A stretch of 64,000 nt of DNA from Schizochytrium sp. TIO01 (GCA_004764695.1 SMSO01000031.1:3882436-3946435); one strand, 5' to 3'; counted from the stretch's first letter, positions 1 to 11,558 are shown. Translations and numbers: made by a program. Notes: generated by a model from the letters alone, not told the origin.

Positions 1-1969
1 CCTTTGTAGTAGAATTGTTGCTTGCTTCTGTAATGAGCAAGCTATTCTCTTCAACACTGGGAACAAGGGGTGGATAACCAGGTTTCTTCACAAAAGAAAA
101 TGATCCCAAAAGGCCATCCGAAGGGTTCCCTAGAGCAGCCAAAACTGCAGAAGGAGCCTGGACAGCGCTTGCTGGAGTGAAAACCCAACGCTGATTGACC
201 TTGGCTTCCGATCCGCTGTGTGCTGCAGTCATCTCCGAGGAATTCACAGGAAGGCTTTCGCCTCCAAAGCTCATCTTCTGCACAGAGGGTTTCGAGAGTG
301 ACCCAAACGAAGTCTTAACTTGAGCAGAATCCCCGCTAGAGACAACCCTACTACGATTTTCAACTTGCTGAGGAGAACGAAAGTCAAGCTTAGCACCTTC
401 AAATGCACGATCCTGGAGAGTACCCGGAGTAGACGGTGTGGGTTTTGCCCATGGTGTCTCGACACGACTGGCAATATCACGACCCGCATCACCATCCCGC
501 GCTGAGCTGTACCGTGAAGCAGGTGTCTGAAATGAGACACGCGAAGTGGAGAGAGGACGTGCCTGTTCGGTCGCGCTGCGAGATACCTTGGGGGCTAGCT
601 CCAGGCTGCGTGTTGGAATATCAGCCTCAAAGCTCGGTGTTGCCTGACTCATTCGGAATATTCTGGAGTCGCGAGATGAAGTTGCGATGGATGGCGTAGC
701 CCATGTTGGGGGACGCCTCGAGCGCATATCCTCGAGGGGAGTAGACATCTTTCCGAGTGTCTGCATGATACGCTGTGCCACTGCTGCTTGCTGTCTCTGT
801 CGTTTGGCTGAGCTCTCGTCCAATTCTTCACTCCCCCCCCGTGCACGTTTCGTTGCGCTCAGAAGTTGGGATGGACGACGTACTGCCGAACGGGAGGCTG
901 AGCTTGCAGACCATGCAACCGACAGAGATGAGGTTCCGTGTCGAGCGCGAGAGGACGCTGCTCGTGAAGAATAAGGAGTAAACTGAGCAGACCGATCTAC
1001 CACTCGTGGGCTAGCAAATGATTGCAAGTTTGCACGCTTGTTCGGGGAGCCATTATCACTGTCTCCTGATGCATCCATAGGTCGCTTACGCCCATAATTA
1101 GCCTCTGGGGTGAATCTACGAACTTCAGGAGAAGCCCCAAATGTACTGGAGCTCGCACGCACCCCCTTGGGCGAAGAAGTGCGCCCTGTTCGATGAGAGC
1201 TGTTGCTCTTTGATTGACGCATCGTTTTTCGTGCTTTCGGAGATGGAGTTCTGTCGTTATTCTCGTCATCGTCAGAATCTTCCTCACCAGATGAGGATTC
1301 CTCAGAATCCTCTTCAGAGTCTGAGGATGAGACATCATCATCAGAGTTAGAGTCTGAATCAGACTCAGACTCCTCCTCGCTAGAGCTATCATCAGATTCA
1401 AGCTGTAGACGCTTTTTCACAATCGCTTTTCCCACATCCGGGTTTTCTTGGACCATCCGAAGAAGCTGTTGCATCTTGTCCTGCTTAGAACGATTGAGAG
1501 CAGGTTCCGAGGCCGGGGCAGATGAAGCTTCATCATCAGCTTCGATTCCGTCTTCGTCATCTCTATCCATGAGCCGAAGTTGCTCATTCACCTTGTACAA
1601 CTTTCTGCGAAGAGCCTCAGTGGAGCCTTCAGCACCCAAACTGAGGAAACGAAGGTTTTCTTGAAGTTGGGTTTTTGACATTTTGGCAATCTCCTGGCCA
1701 CGAAAATAACCAGCTCCTTGATTCGAAGAGAAAAGACTAGACCCTGCTTGGTTTTGAGCTAGCGAGTCTCGAACTCCGTTGAAATGGTTTGTAGGGGCCA
1801 TAGTCAAGTCTTCAACCGGGATAGCTTCCTGAGAAGATTTAGCCTTCGAAGTCGAAGGATCATTGTTCGTGTATGGTTCTGGATTATCGTGACTGGAGTC
1901 TGCTGCTCTGTGATCCTCGGCCCCTCCGCCTTCGTTGTTTCCTAGAACAACACGTTTAAGCCAGTCCAT
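1..1969 (-). CDS. Nup153/Nup1-like nuclear basket nucleoporin with N-terminal SAP-like motif (3' part outside window)
   Basis: Manual translation from ATG 1969 gives about 656 uninterrupted codons to the window edge (MDWLKRVVLGNNEGG...). It is absent from the ORF track because no stop lies in the window. Contains SAP-like IAKMSKTQLQENLRFLSLGAEGSTEALRRKL, an acidic S/D/E tract, NLS-like KR clusters, AVAQRIMQTLGKMSTPLEDMR (resembles Nup153 ARRILQSLEKMSSPL) and SFG/FSF motifs near the edge. Confidence 0.7.
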   Translation of the reverse strand, partial: MDWLKRVVLGNNEGGGAEDHRAADSSHDNPEPYTNNDPSTSKAKSSQEAIPVEDLTMAPTNHFNGVRDSLAQNQAGSSLFSSNQGAGYFRGQEIAKMSKTQLQENLRFLSLGAEGSTEALRRKLYKVNEQLRLMDRDDEDGIEADDEASSAPASEPALNRSKQDKMQQLLRMVQENPDVGKAIVKKRLQLESDDSSSEEESESDSDSNSDDDVSSSDSEEDSEESSSGEEDSDDDENNDRTPSPKARKTMRQSKSNSSHRTGRTSSPKGVRASSSTFGASPEVRRFTPEANYGRKRPMDASGDSDNGSPNKRANLQSFASPRVVDRSAQFTPYSSRAASSRARHGTSSLSVAWSASSASRSAVRRPSQLLSATKRARGGSEELDESSAKRQRQQAAVAQRIMQTLGKMSTPLEDMRSRRPPTWATPSIATSSRDSRIFRMSQATPSFEADIPTRSLELAPKVSRSATEQARPLSTSRVSFQTPASRYSSARDGDAGRDIASRVETPWAKPTPSTPGTLQDRAFEGAKLDFRSPQQVENRSRVVSSGDSAQVKTSFGSLSKPSVQKMSFGGESLPVNSSEMTAAHSGSEAKVNQRWVFTPASAVQAPSAVLAALGNPSDGLLGSFSFVKKPGYPPLVPSVEENSLLITEASNNSTTK

Positions 1970-1991
1970 CTTGTTGCCGCTCAAAATAGAA

Positions 1992-2333
1992 CTGCAACAA
2001 GAGCGAGAGGAAGAGTGAGTGACAGAAATAGAAAGGGGGATAAACAATTGTTGATCAGTAACGAGGTGCAGCAGCCACGCTCGACGTAGAGTGAGTCGAG
2101 CCTAGACACGTAGGGCCAACCAAGCGTTAAACCTAGCTAAGAGTAGCCAAACCCAACCACGTCCAGCCACGTCTAAGGGGTCAGTAGATATAAGGTGAGA
2201 TAAGCCGTCTAAGCAAGCCAGCCAGCTAACCAGCCAGCCAGCCAGCCAGCCAGCTCGCTAAGGAGAAGGCTTCTTGCTTTCGATGCGATCAACCAACGTC
2301 GTTTCTACGTTGATTGATTGTTTGCTTACTTAC
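1992..2333 (-). other. Putative 5'-UTR spliceosomal intron of the nucleoporin-like gene
   Basis: Minus strand has a GTAAGT donor at 2333, internal (GGCT)n repeats, branch-like TACTGAT near 2055, a polypyrimidine tract and a TTGCAG acceptor at 1992, just upstream of the ATG at 1969. Confidence 0.55.
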
Positions 2334-4392
2334 TTTTTCATTTATAAATTTTTGATAGAGACGCTATGAGCACCTCATAAAAGTATTAGTACCATTTAGC
2401 AGAAGTACATAGTAGTACCCTTTAAGTCTAGAAATTAAAAAAAATATAATAAATAATATGAAAATAGATACTTCAACGCTGCGCTTCTTCATTCAAGAAA
2501 CTGACTTCGCGGAGTTTACCAAAGGTCAAGAATCTCATTAGCGCACATAGGCAGCAAGTGAGACCACAATAGCTAAACCAACTCGCCAAGTGAGAACATC
2601 AGAAATAGAATAGCGAAAGATATCGAGAAAAACAAAGCAGGACCTTCTGCTTGAGCTACTATGGGCAGTATCGACTGCCTTAAGTGTTCACATATAGCTA
2701 AAATTATTAGTTCGAGCGAATAATAAGAGCCATATAAAGGTAGTAGTAAACAGGTAGATAGGTACTACGTACCATGGTCTTTATTTTCATTTTCTTTTTC
2801 CACAACTTGAAAGATTATTTGATAGGTAGGATAGGTAGATATAGTAAGGATTAGTGACAAGGTTGAGTTAGTGGTCGTTAGGCCTCCTCCTCTCATTGGT
2901 GGAGAAGCAGGAGTGCAACCGATGGAGGGTAGGTAGATAGTTACCTAACTCCTAGGCTTGAGCTTTGACTTGAGGATTACTCAATTTCTTTGAAAAAGGT
3001 TATCTTGGCTTTTATTAGCTCGCAATCCAAATAGCCTAAATAAACCATTCAATGATAGAGCGTTATCCCCTGAGAAAATGAATACCATCCTAGTATACCC
3101 AGGAAATAAAAAAACTGCCGAAAAGAAGATACTATAGAAGTACTTACTAATAGGTCTATGCGAGCTTGAGAGTGTATAGAATCACTAGCACTGATTACGT
3201 GTGGAAGGGTTAATAGTACTTGTCTCTCATATGTGACAGGATCTCAAACTAAAATAGCCAATAAGAGATTGTTTTGGCTTTAACTGATATAATCTTCTAC
3301 TAGCTTAGGCAAAAAAACGCAAAGCCGAAACATTGCCGCAATGCTATCACGAGAGGTAATCATTTAAAATCTTCTAATTTGGGTAAAAACTCAAGCCAAA
3401 GCGCAATGTAGTGTTTCTAGCTGGCTAGTGAGAGTGTAAAGCATCAGCAAAGCATTTTTAGCTACTAGGAAAACTATCTCAAAACAATTGTTTAGGATTA
3501 ACAAGGTTGGGTTATCAGTCAAGCCTCACATTATTAAATTCTGTATCATGGATAGCCTCTGACAAGCCAGTGGTAGTGGCTATCTTCTACCTTGTATCTT
3601 GTGCAGCATGGCATCTACGAGTGCAAGGGCACCACTTGCGTGTACGCGCTGCAGAGACTCTTCCCAGCAGTGACATCATGCCACAGTAGATATAATATGA
3701 GATGCGTATTTCTGTTCAGACTAGTTTATACCCACTTATAAAATATGAGATACGATTCAAATAAAGTTTTAACCCTTCTCAAAATACTTAGATATGATTG
3801 AAATTGCTCCGCTCTCAAAATATTATAAGTATTACTTTGAAAGCAGCAACTGTCTCAATAGGAACACTGTAGCTTTGCTTAAGTTTGCAAAACTTTGCAA
3901 TGGTATCTGTTACTGGATCGTTGGATTTTAAGGCAGCATAACTTGTATATGAGATCTCAAACACAAAATTCTTTAGCAAGCTAATTTTTGTTACGCAATT
4001 GCTGAATAGAGCTTTGGTTTAAATGAATACTAGTCTTGTTTGTCTCTTAATAGTTGAAGTAAAGCAAATAAGTTATATGTGATGCGTATCATATCCTAAT
4101 CACGTAACGCACCGCTCTGTAAAGTCTATTTCTATTTCCCACCAACCTCGTGTCATGATTGTGGAATCATGTGGGGTTAGTGTAGAAGCCAGGTGAAAGG
4201 ACTCAGCAACCTCATTGATCAAAACCATGCGTCCACTGAAGAATAATACTGATTCTTTCTGACTTTTCCATAGATTTTTAATTCCATGCGAAAGCTAGAT
4301 TCCATAATTCAGACATTTGCCAAGTCCTAATCTCTGGGTGCTGTCGGTATGAGTAATTTGGTTTTACCCCAAATTAAAGAATTAATTGATAG

Positions 4393-4465
4393 GAGTGATT
4401 GTTTTAGCTTGAGCTTTTAGCCAACCTGATAGGCTCTAAGGAGGAACCTCTGACTAGTGAGAGTG
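4393..4465 (-). repeat. Copy of a roughly 75-bp dispersed intergenic repeat
   Basis: Reverse complement reads CACTCTCACTAGTCAGAGG...TAAAAGCTCAAGCTAAAACAATCACTC; aligns by eye with copies at 3347, 15390, 19418 and 38339. Confidence 0.75.
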
Positions 4466-4738
4466 GAAAGTGACTGCCTGTATGAATAGGAATACCCCAT
4501 TTAGTACTACCAAGCTACCTAGTGCAACCACGGTTATTTCAATAAGAAAGATGAAGGAGTACTAGGGTAGAGTAGGTAGCGCTAGAAACAGCAGTCAACA
4601 GGTTGCTAGTACCTAAGTACGAATATACCCACCTAACTAGCACTAGATCTATTCCAGTAGCTCTCAAGCTCAGGATTCGACTGAGCAGTCTAGGCACAAG
4701 GCGCACGGTAAATCAGCGAAGGCACATTCTCAGAAAAA

Positions 4739-6259
4739 ATGGTCCGGCCTGAAACAGAAGCAGCGCTAGCCAAAGAGGAAAACTTATGGGAGAGCCTCCT
4801 TCGCCGCGTCGGTAAGGGAGCTAATACTTTGCAAAATGGGACGGTGGTGATCATGGGTGACACAAGCTCTGGCAAACGAACGTTGGCGAACAAACTTCTG
4901 CAGGCCGAAGCGCGTGCGCGTGTCAGTCGGGCAGACTCTGTTTCGCAACACGGGCTTCAGGATCCTGCTGATATTTTACGATCGCGTGGAGTATCCATGG
5001 CATCAATCGGTTACACCTACTTGGATCCGCCAGTCGATCCAGAGCCGCCACTCAAGCTTGATGTTTGGATCTTGCAGAATACTGAGCAACGTGAAAAGAG
5101 CTTGGAAATCGCAATACCTAATGTTGAAGCTCTTTACAAAACTGCGCTGATTCTCGTTGTTGACCTAAGTCGGCCATGGGATATTATGAAATCTCTCCAA
5201 ACTTGGTACGGAACCCTGAAGTTGCATTTGGAAAGCATTCCTGGTTCAGATTCGGCAGTCGAGGAGATCCGCGTGCGCATGGCACACTACCTTGCAGCTG
5301 TAAGACAAGCAGGTGGTGATCAATCAAAATTTGATGCTCAATACACTGTGGAAGAGGCCAATGAGATCAACCCGTTAGAGACCAAGCCTGAAACTGACAA
5401 CACCAGTTCTCCTGAACAGCTTCCCAAAGGAAGCCTGGGCATTCCAATCATGGTGGTCGGCTGCAAATCCGATGTAGTCCGTGAAGCGTCAGACGATGTT
5501 GAAACAGAGATGAGACTTGAGTTTATCCAACGTAGCTTACGAAAATTCTGTTACGAAGTTGGAGCGAGCTTGACTTATGTATCGTCACGTTCTGAGGCAA
5601 GCTTTCTCTCTCTTCTGCAATATGTTGTGCATGTACTCTATCCACAAGCCCCAGCACTGATTAAAAATGCCGAGCTTGATGATACGGCTGCTTTTGGTCC
5701 GTTGTCCCTTGTGTCTCGTCGTGACGTGGTTCACATCCCAGCAGGTGCTGATCACAGGGAGCTTATCAATGCGCTGGCAAGCACAAAGCACGGGTCTATT
5801 GTCCAGTGGTCTGCTGAAGATCCTTATGAACAGGTAATTCTTACTCCTGCATCGTTGACTTCAGGGGACGTGGCTAACCCTTCTAGCGAGCTGATGCCCA
5901 CAGACGAGGATGATCAAGGCGTACTTGCGCACCCAAGTTTCTTAGCAAAACTTTTGGCAAAACAAAAACTTCTTCCAGAATCTGTGCGGGTTTCACACAC
6001 TGATGCGGCGTCATCTGCTCTGGAAGCCTTCAACGAAACGGCGGCATCCTTTAAAACGGGCATGGTGTCGTCGAACACTCCCTCAAAGAGAACCTCGGCT
6101 GTAGGAGTCGTGGACACCTCCACCAATTCGCAAGGCAATGATTTCGAGCCATCTTCAGCTCGCCGTGTTACAGCGCAAGATGCTAAGGAAAACCCTGCCC
6201 TGATTGCCAACTTTTTCCAGAACCTACTTAACAGAGACAAAGATAAAGATTCAAGCTAA
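4739..6259 (+). CDS. DYNC1LI: Cytoplasmic dynein 1 light intermediate chain
   Basis: Degenerate P-loop GDTSSGKRTL, IGYTYLD, VDLSRPW, GIPIMVVGCKSD, LEFIQRSLRKFC, HIPAGAD, and C-terminal adaptor-binding helix LIANFFQNLL. Confidence 0.93.
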   Translation: MVRPETEAALAKEENLWESLLRRVGKGANTLQNGTVVIMGDTSSGKRTLANKLLQAEARARVSRADSVSQHGLQDPADILRSRGVSMASIGYTYLDPPVDPEPPLKLDVWILQNTEQREKSLEIAIPNVEALYKTALILVVDLSRPWDIMKSLQTWYGTLKLHLESIPGSDSAVEEIRVRMAHYLAAVRQAGGDQSKFDAQYTVEEANEINPLETKPETDNTSSPEQLPKGSLGIPIMVVGCKSDVVREASDDVETEMRLEFIQRSLRKFCYEVGASLTYVSSRSEASFLSLLQYVVHVLYPQAPALIKNAELDDTAAFGPLSLVSRRDVVHIPAGADHRELINALASTKHGSIVQWSAEDPYEQVILTPASLTSGDVANPSSELMPTDEDDQGVLAHPSFLAKLLAKQKLLPESVRVSHTDAASSALEAFNETAASFKTGMVSSNTPSKRTSAVGVVDTSTNSQGNDFEPSSARRVTAQDAKENPALIANFFQNLLNRDKDKDSS

Positions 6260-6278
6260 AATATTCTTTTCATTATTA

Positions 6279-7601
6279 TTATTGGCGACGAGAAAAGCGA
6301 GTTCTACGAGGCTTTGTGCTAAAGACTTCGTTCGAGGCTACGCCAGTGCCAGCGTCGGTAGGGGTCGCTGCAGCACGAGCTGCGATTTCAGGACGCAAAC
6401 TAATACCCAGTGCAGGCTTAATTCCGGGTATCCTGAAGAGCAAAGATTGGCTGAGTGAGAACAGGTTTGTTGCTGACCAGTAGACTGCGATGGCTGAGGG
6501 CTGAGTCATAGTGATAGGAACCATTGCAACAGCCATAACACGCATAATCATCTTCATTCGGGCAGCCTGCTCCTGGTTTCCGCTTTCAGGTTGCGGGTTC
6601 AACTCAGTCATAGCAATGAAGGTAGTAGCGCAGAGGATAGGGAGCCCATATGTGGGATCAGTTTCAGCTAAGTTCGTGAACCAAAGAGTTCCACCATCTT
6701 GAAAGCTTGGGTAATCAGAAGCCATGTCACGGAGAGTCCAGAACATGGTCAGAAAGACGGGAATTTGTGCAAGAGCAGGAAGAATAGAGGTCCAAACCTT
6801 GACACCATGCTTTTGCTGGATGGAAACCATCTCTTTACGGTAAGCGAGTTGTTGTTCTTGAGTGTCAGCAGGGCGTTCCTCCATCCGCTTTTGCAGGGCC
6901 TGAATATCGGGACTCATTTGGGCCATACGAATCTGGTTGCGCATCTGGGTCACAGTCAAGGGAAACATGGACATACGAAGGATGCATGTCACAGTGACGA
7001 TGGACATCCACCAGGGCATACCTGAGGTCATGTGGAAATAGTCAATGGCCCACTGGGCCATGTCCATGGGGCCCCATCCCAGTGCAGAGGGGTCAGGGTC
7101 CTGCAAGCTCAAAACACTTGCTGCATTTGCGGCACTTTCCAAATCCGAGGGATCTTGGGTCCACCATCCAGATCCAGACGCCTCAGATGAGGAAGCTGAT
7201 GAAGACATGGACGAAGGTTCAGAATCTGACAATAACGTAGGCGTAGCAGCAGCAGCAGCAGATGATGAAGAAGACGATGATTCCACGAACTCAGGCGAGA
7301 GGTCAGCAAAAGTTTTCTCCTCTTGGGCAGACATAGACGCAGACACAGATTCGGCAAGGCTCTCTTCACTAGACCCAGCTACTGCGGACATAAATCGAAC
7401 TGAGGAGTGTCCATGCCAAGGGTGTTGACGCTGCACCTGAAGACCTTGCGGGGCACGAGCTACCCAACCAAAGGAATTCGCGCCACCAGCAGCAGCACGC
7501 TTAGCAGCTGCGGCTGACGAAGAAGAGGACGAAGAAGTAGCGCCGGAACGCAGGCCATCAAAGGCAGAGGCACCGGTGCGCCGAAGCACATGGCGAAGCA
7601 T
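6279..7601 (-). CDS. OXA1: Mitochondrial inner membrane insertase OXA1 (YidC/Oxa1 family)
   Basis: Arg/Ser/Ala-rich presequence; GMPWWMSI, ILR..FPL, QIPVF, GGTLWFTNL..DPTYGLP, AVYWSATNLFSL. Confidence 0.93.
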   Translation of the reverse strand: MLRHVLRRTGASAFDGLRSGATSSSSSSSAAAAKRAAAGGANSFGWVARAPQGLQVQRQHPWHGHSSVRFMSAVAGSSEESLAESVSASMSAQEEKTFADLSPEFVESSSSSSSAAAAATPTLLSDSEPSSMSSSASSSEASGSGWWTQDPSDLESAANAASVLSLQDPDPSALGWGPMDMAQWAIDYFHMTSGMPWWMSIVTVTCILRMSMFPLTVTQMRNQIRMAQMSPDIQALQKRMEERPADTQEQQLAYRKEMVSIQQKHGVKVWTSILPALAQIPVFLTMFWTLRDMASDYPSFQDGGTLWFTNLAETDPTYGLPILCATTFIAMTELNPQPESGNQEQAARMKMIMRVMAVAMVPITMTQPSAIAVYWSATNLFSLSQSLLFRIPGIKPALGISLRPEIAARAAATPTDAGTGVASNEVFSTKPRRTRFSRRQ

Positions 7602-8713
7602 CTTGCCCGGTGGCCAAGAGGTAGAGCACTCGAGGAAAGGTGCTGTACCAAGCGCTTATCGCTTTGTCTCTCTGCTTTTAAAATAGTACTTATGTCTGTG
7701 CAGTTTCTCTTAGCATTCCATTGAAATATAAGTAAAGGTGGAGAGGCACCTACCACTGTCAATACTCAGGTTGTATTAGTACTAGACCTATTCCTATTGC
7801 TACTTGAGCAATAAGGTAGACCCAAAGAGAAACCTTATGTATACTAAGACTACCACGTAGGTATGAAAATTAGTAGCTAGTACTAGTAGGTTGAGTAGCT
7901 CGTAATAATATATGGACCTTAATATAAGTACCTACTGTAATCTCCCATAGGCCTTGTAGTGCCCAATTACTTCAAAGGGTTTTTATCATCGGCAATAACA
8001 CAAGGATAGTAGGCAGGTAGGTAGGTAGGTAGGTTATGCAGATACCTATATAGAACCCTACCTAACAGGTAGGTACTCTCATTACGTATTCACCTACTAC
8101 TAGTTACCTAGATACTCAGCATCCTGGCCCATTTTCGAGATAGTCAGAGCCAACAGTTTAGGAGAAATACCTATAAGCCTCGACGATCTCAAGTTTAATT
8201 TGTTCAAGCTCTTTTCTACGCGATGGTTCCATATTTTGTCCATACTCTGGCAATGAGCTCGTGTGTGATTCACTGAGTGTTTTTGCTTAATTCAAGGAAG
8301 GTGAAGAGTATCTACCTACTTGGGGAACACGGGGAATTGTACTACGAAAGTCCGTTAAGTTGCATTTGGCAAGCAAACTGATGGGCTCAATTTTGCTCCC
8401 AGTGCCGCAATTGCAAAGAGCAGTGCATAGTTATATCAAACGACATAGCTCTACAGCTCTACAGCAGCAACGAAAGAAAGCAAGCACATAGAGACTGTCA
8501 CAAAGAGGTTATAAGTCGTTCAAGCGTTCTAAAAACCCAATCAATCCTTGCAGGAAACCAAAGGACAAAGGCAACTCAGACAAGCTCAATAGACGTTACG
8601 GAACGAGTCGCGAGCCCTACTTTCATAAGAAACCCAACGAAGAAATTGTATAGATACTAGAGCAGCAACTGCAAAAGCATTCCAGAATCTCATACTCCAA
8701 AAGGCTGTCTCAG

Positions 8714-11266
8714 ATGAACAACCTGTTTAATATGAATCAAAGGACTGGTGTCAGCGACGATGATCTCGAGGAATTTGAGCGCAAGGCACAGGAAACGGCT
8801 GACCTCATCAAAGCACTTAAAGAAGGTAAAATAGCACCGAGCGAAGTTCGGATACCAGGAGAAAAGACAGAAGAGGAGCTTCGTGAAGAAGAGGATGCAC
8901 GCTCTCGTCGGGAAGAGGAGCGTCGTCGCGAGGCTCTGCAACGCAAGCAAGCGGAGCGCGTCGATTGGTGGAACCGCGCTCAAGCTCTCCGACAAAAGTC
9001 AAGAGAAGACTTCCTGAAGGCGAGGCACATTGAACTGACGGCTATTGTGAAAGGTAACAAAACCTTAATAGATAAGAAAAGGGGTGCAAGCAAGTCACTT
9101 CTATCAAAAAATCCTGAAAACGAGGTTACGATCACGGATGACGATGGCACTGTGTTATTTCCACGTCCCAAACAACAGGGTGATAGTCTTGACTACTCCA
9201 AATGGGACCGCTGGATTCCAGATGATCCTGTTAGCTTGGAGGAGATGCAACGAGCGAAGGACCAGATTGAAGAGGAGCGCAATCGCCAATTTGAAGCCGC
9301 AAACCCCGAATTTTGTAATCAATTCAAGCGAGACCAGGCAAAGCGTATCGCATCACGCGATGAAAAAAGTAGGAGCGCAGAGAAGTATCGTCAACAAGGC
9401 AATATGCACTTTCTTAAGAAAAATTTTGACGCTGCTCTTAGGTCGTATGGCTGTGCACTCCAGTCGGTGCCGTGGTCTCTTTCTGTCCTGTGCAACATTG
9501 CACAAGTTTATTTGGTGCAAGGCGCTTTAGATGATGCTTTGGAATATTGCGAACGAGCACTTTTCATTGATGATACCAATGTTAAAGCACTTTGGCGACA
9601 CTCACGCGTTTGTATTTTGAATTGTAAACTCGAGCAAGCTGTTCAAGATCTAACAATGGCCGAATTGCTTCAACCAAACGACAGAGAAATAGCACGTGCT
9701 CTTATTGATTGCCGTGAACAGCTCATGGAATCCTATACTGAAGATAGGGTTAGCAGATTCGAAGCAGAAGCCGAGGCTTTGTCTCAGAAGCTGGCACCTG
9801 GGGATTTTCTATCAGACTTAGAAGAAATCCTTTCACAAAAAGAGCCCGACATGCGCATTGTTAAGGAAATGTGCAAAGCGATACACACAATCGATCCAAA
9901 ACTGATGAACCTCAGAGATCACCAAAAACTGGCATTAAATGGTATGCTTGAGTGCACACTAGACTCTGCATCGAGAACTCTTCAGGCAGAGAGTCATGTT
10001 TTACTGCGCACGACAGGTACACTAAATCATCTGTTTGAAGTCGCAACATCAAGTATTGTCGCCGATCCTCGTCCGTACCATCTTCTTGCACGCACTGTGC
10101 TTAGGAACAAAACAAATCGCGACACCATGCACGGGCAACATATCATTGAGATACTCTATGAAAAAATTGCGTGCGAGTCAGAAAAGGAAAAAGAGCCATA
10201 CTCTATTTATCTTTTGCATGCACTCTCTGAAGATGAGGAGCTGGCCGCTTCAGTTCTGCCGATACCGGGATTATATAAGGTTTTGGAAAGATGTTTGCAG
10301 AACGTAAATTCACGGATCTTTTCCTCTGCAGCATTGCTAGTAGCAAATATTGCTGCCTTACCGCCTTTGCGACAAGAGCTGGTGCAAAGTCCATTTGCAG
10401 AAAAGCTCGCTGATACTCTATACAAGTCTCTTTTCGTAGACCGTGCGGCTGCTCAAGATGCCAGCGTAGCCCTTGCTAATTTAGCACAAGACCAAACCTT
10501 TCGAAAGATGTTAGATTCTGATGGAATTGCTCGGTTGACTTTCCAAGGAGGAACAATGCATTTTCCAGAAGATATTACTGGTTCTTTGCTCGCCTTACTT
10601 TTGAACCTTACTGCTAACACAGGTATTGCCTCGCAGGTCTTAACCGATGACAAAGTCTGTCAAACTCTCACGAAATGGTTTTTGGATTCTGAAAAGCAGA
10701 GTATCATCCGTCTTCGAAGTATGGCTTTGCTTTCTCGAGTGTTATCTCATGACACAGTTTCCACACCTCGGGCAAGGGTTCTGCTTCAGAATAATTCAAA
10801 GCTTTTGATTCAGATTGGGAAACTGGCTGAATCCCCAGCTTTTAGTGATCATTCGATTCGGCTTCTAGCAGTTCTGTTGAAACCAGATCTTTTGTTAGGA
10901 ATGCATGAGTGTTCAAAATACGAGGAGCAAATGGAAGTAGTAAGCATACTCACCTCAATTTTGCAACAGGAGGTTCACAAAATAAGCCAGGGACAGCCGG
11001 GCCAAATCCGACGAACAATAAACCTTGCACAATGCTTCGTACAGCTCTCGAATCAGACTTCCTTTTGCCAAGAAGCTCTTGTTCGAGAAACGACCATCCC
11101 AAATCTCATACTTCTTCTGCAGTTTTGTGATGATCGGCTAGTACGTAAAAATGTGGCAATCAGCTTGGCAAAGCTAGCAAAGGCGTCTCAAGATAATCTG
11201 GACAAAATCCGCTCGCTCAATGGAATGCGTATGCTCGTAGAGCTTGGCGGAGATCTCACAGCATAG
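8714..11266 (+). CDS. TTC12: TPR + armadillo repeat protein, TTC12-like (dynein arm assembly factor)
   Basis: DYSKWD motif, three TPRs (AEKYRQQGNMHF...CNIAQVYL...NVKALWR), ARM-like repeats ending VRKNVAISLAKLA. Confidence 0.75.
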   Translation: MNNLFNMNQRTGVSDDDLEEFERKAQETADLIKALKEGKIAPSEVRIPGEKTEEELREEEDARSRREEERRREALQRKQAERVDWWNRAQALRQKSREDFLKARHIELTAIVKGNKTLIDKKRGASKSLLSKNPENEVTITDDDGTVLFPRPKQQGDSLDYSKWDRWIPDDPVSLEEMQRAKDQIEEERNRQFEAANPEFCNQFKRDQAKRIASRDEKSRSAEKYRQQGNMHFLKKNFDAALRSYGCALQSVPWSLSVLCNIAQVYLVQGALDDALEYCERALFIDDTNVKALWRHSRVCILNCKLEQAVQDLTMAELLQPNDREIARALIDCREQLMESYTEDRVSRFEAEAEALSQKLAPGDFLSDLEEILSQKEPDMRIVKEMCKAIHTIDPKLMNLRDHQKLALNGMLECTLDSASRTLQAESHVLLRTTGTLNHLFEVATSSIVADPRPYHLLARTVLRNKTNRDTMHGQHIIEILYEKIACESEKEKEPYSIYLLHALSEDEELAASVLPIPGLYKVLERCLQNVNSRIFSSAALLVANIAALPPLRQELVQSPFAEKLADTLYKSLFVDRAAAQDASVALANLAQDQTFRKMLDSDGIARLTFQGGTMHFPEDITGSLLALLLNLTANTGIASQVLTDDKVCQTLTKWFLDSEKQSIIRLRSMALLSRVLSHDTVSTPRARVLLQNNSKLLIQIGKLAESPAFSDHSIRLLAVLLKPDLLLGMHECSKYEEQMEVVSILTSILQQEVHKISQGQPGQIRRTINLAQCFVQLSNQTSFCQEALVRETTIPNLILLLQFCDDRLVRKNVAISLAKLAKASQDNLDKIRSLNGMRMLVELGGDLTA

Positions 11267-11558
11267 AGTGACATCATGCAATATATTATATTAATGTTGG
11301 GTAGATTAACATGTCTCTACAGTTCAGTTCTGCGTTAAATACCATATCGCAAGGGCTTATTCTTCTTCTGTTGCTTCTATTGTTTCTATTCATTCATACT
11401 CTCTAAGTAAGAACTTTTTCTGTGTGTGTGGGGGGGGGGGGGGGTAATATATTTACAAAGGTACCTCACATATTATATATATAATATAATATATAATACA
11501 TGACCGCCCGCAGAGTGGAGATTTGATAAATGGCAGCACGTAGCACAGCCAGAGTGCA

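Noticed and set aside
271-1664. Numerous short ORFs in the track
   Set aside because: Shadows of the long minus-strand frame 1969-1.
11430-11444. G15 run (possible G-quadruplex) between convergent genes
   Set aside because: A simple homopolymer next to (TG)n; function unsupported.
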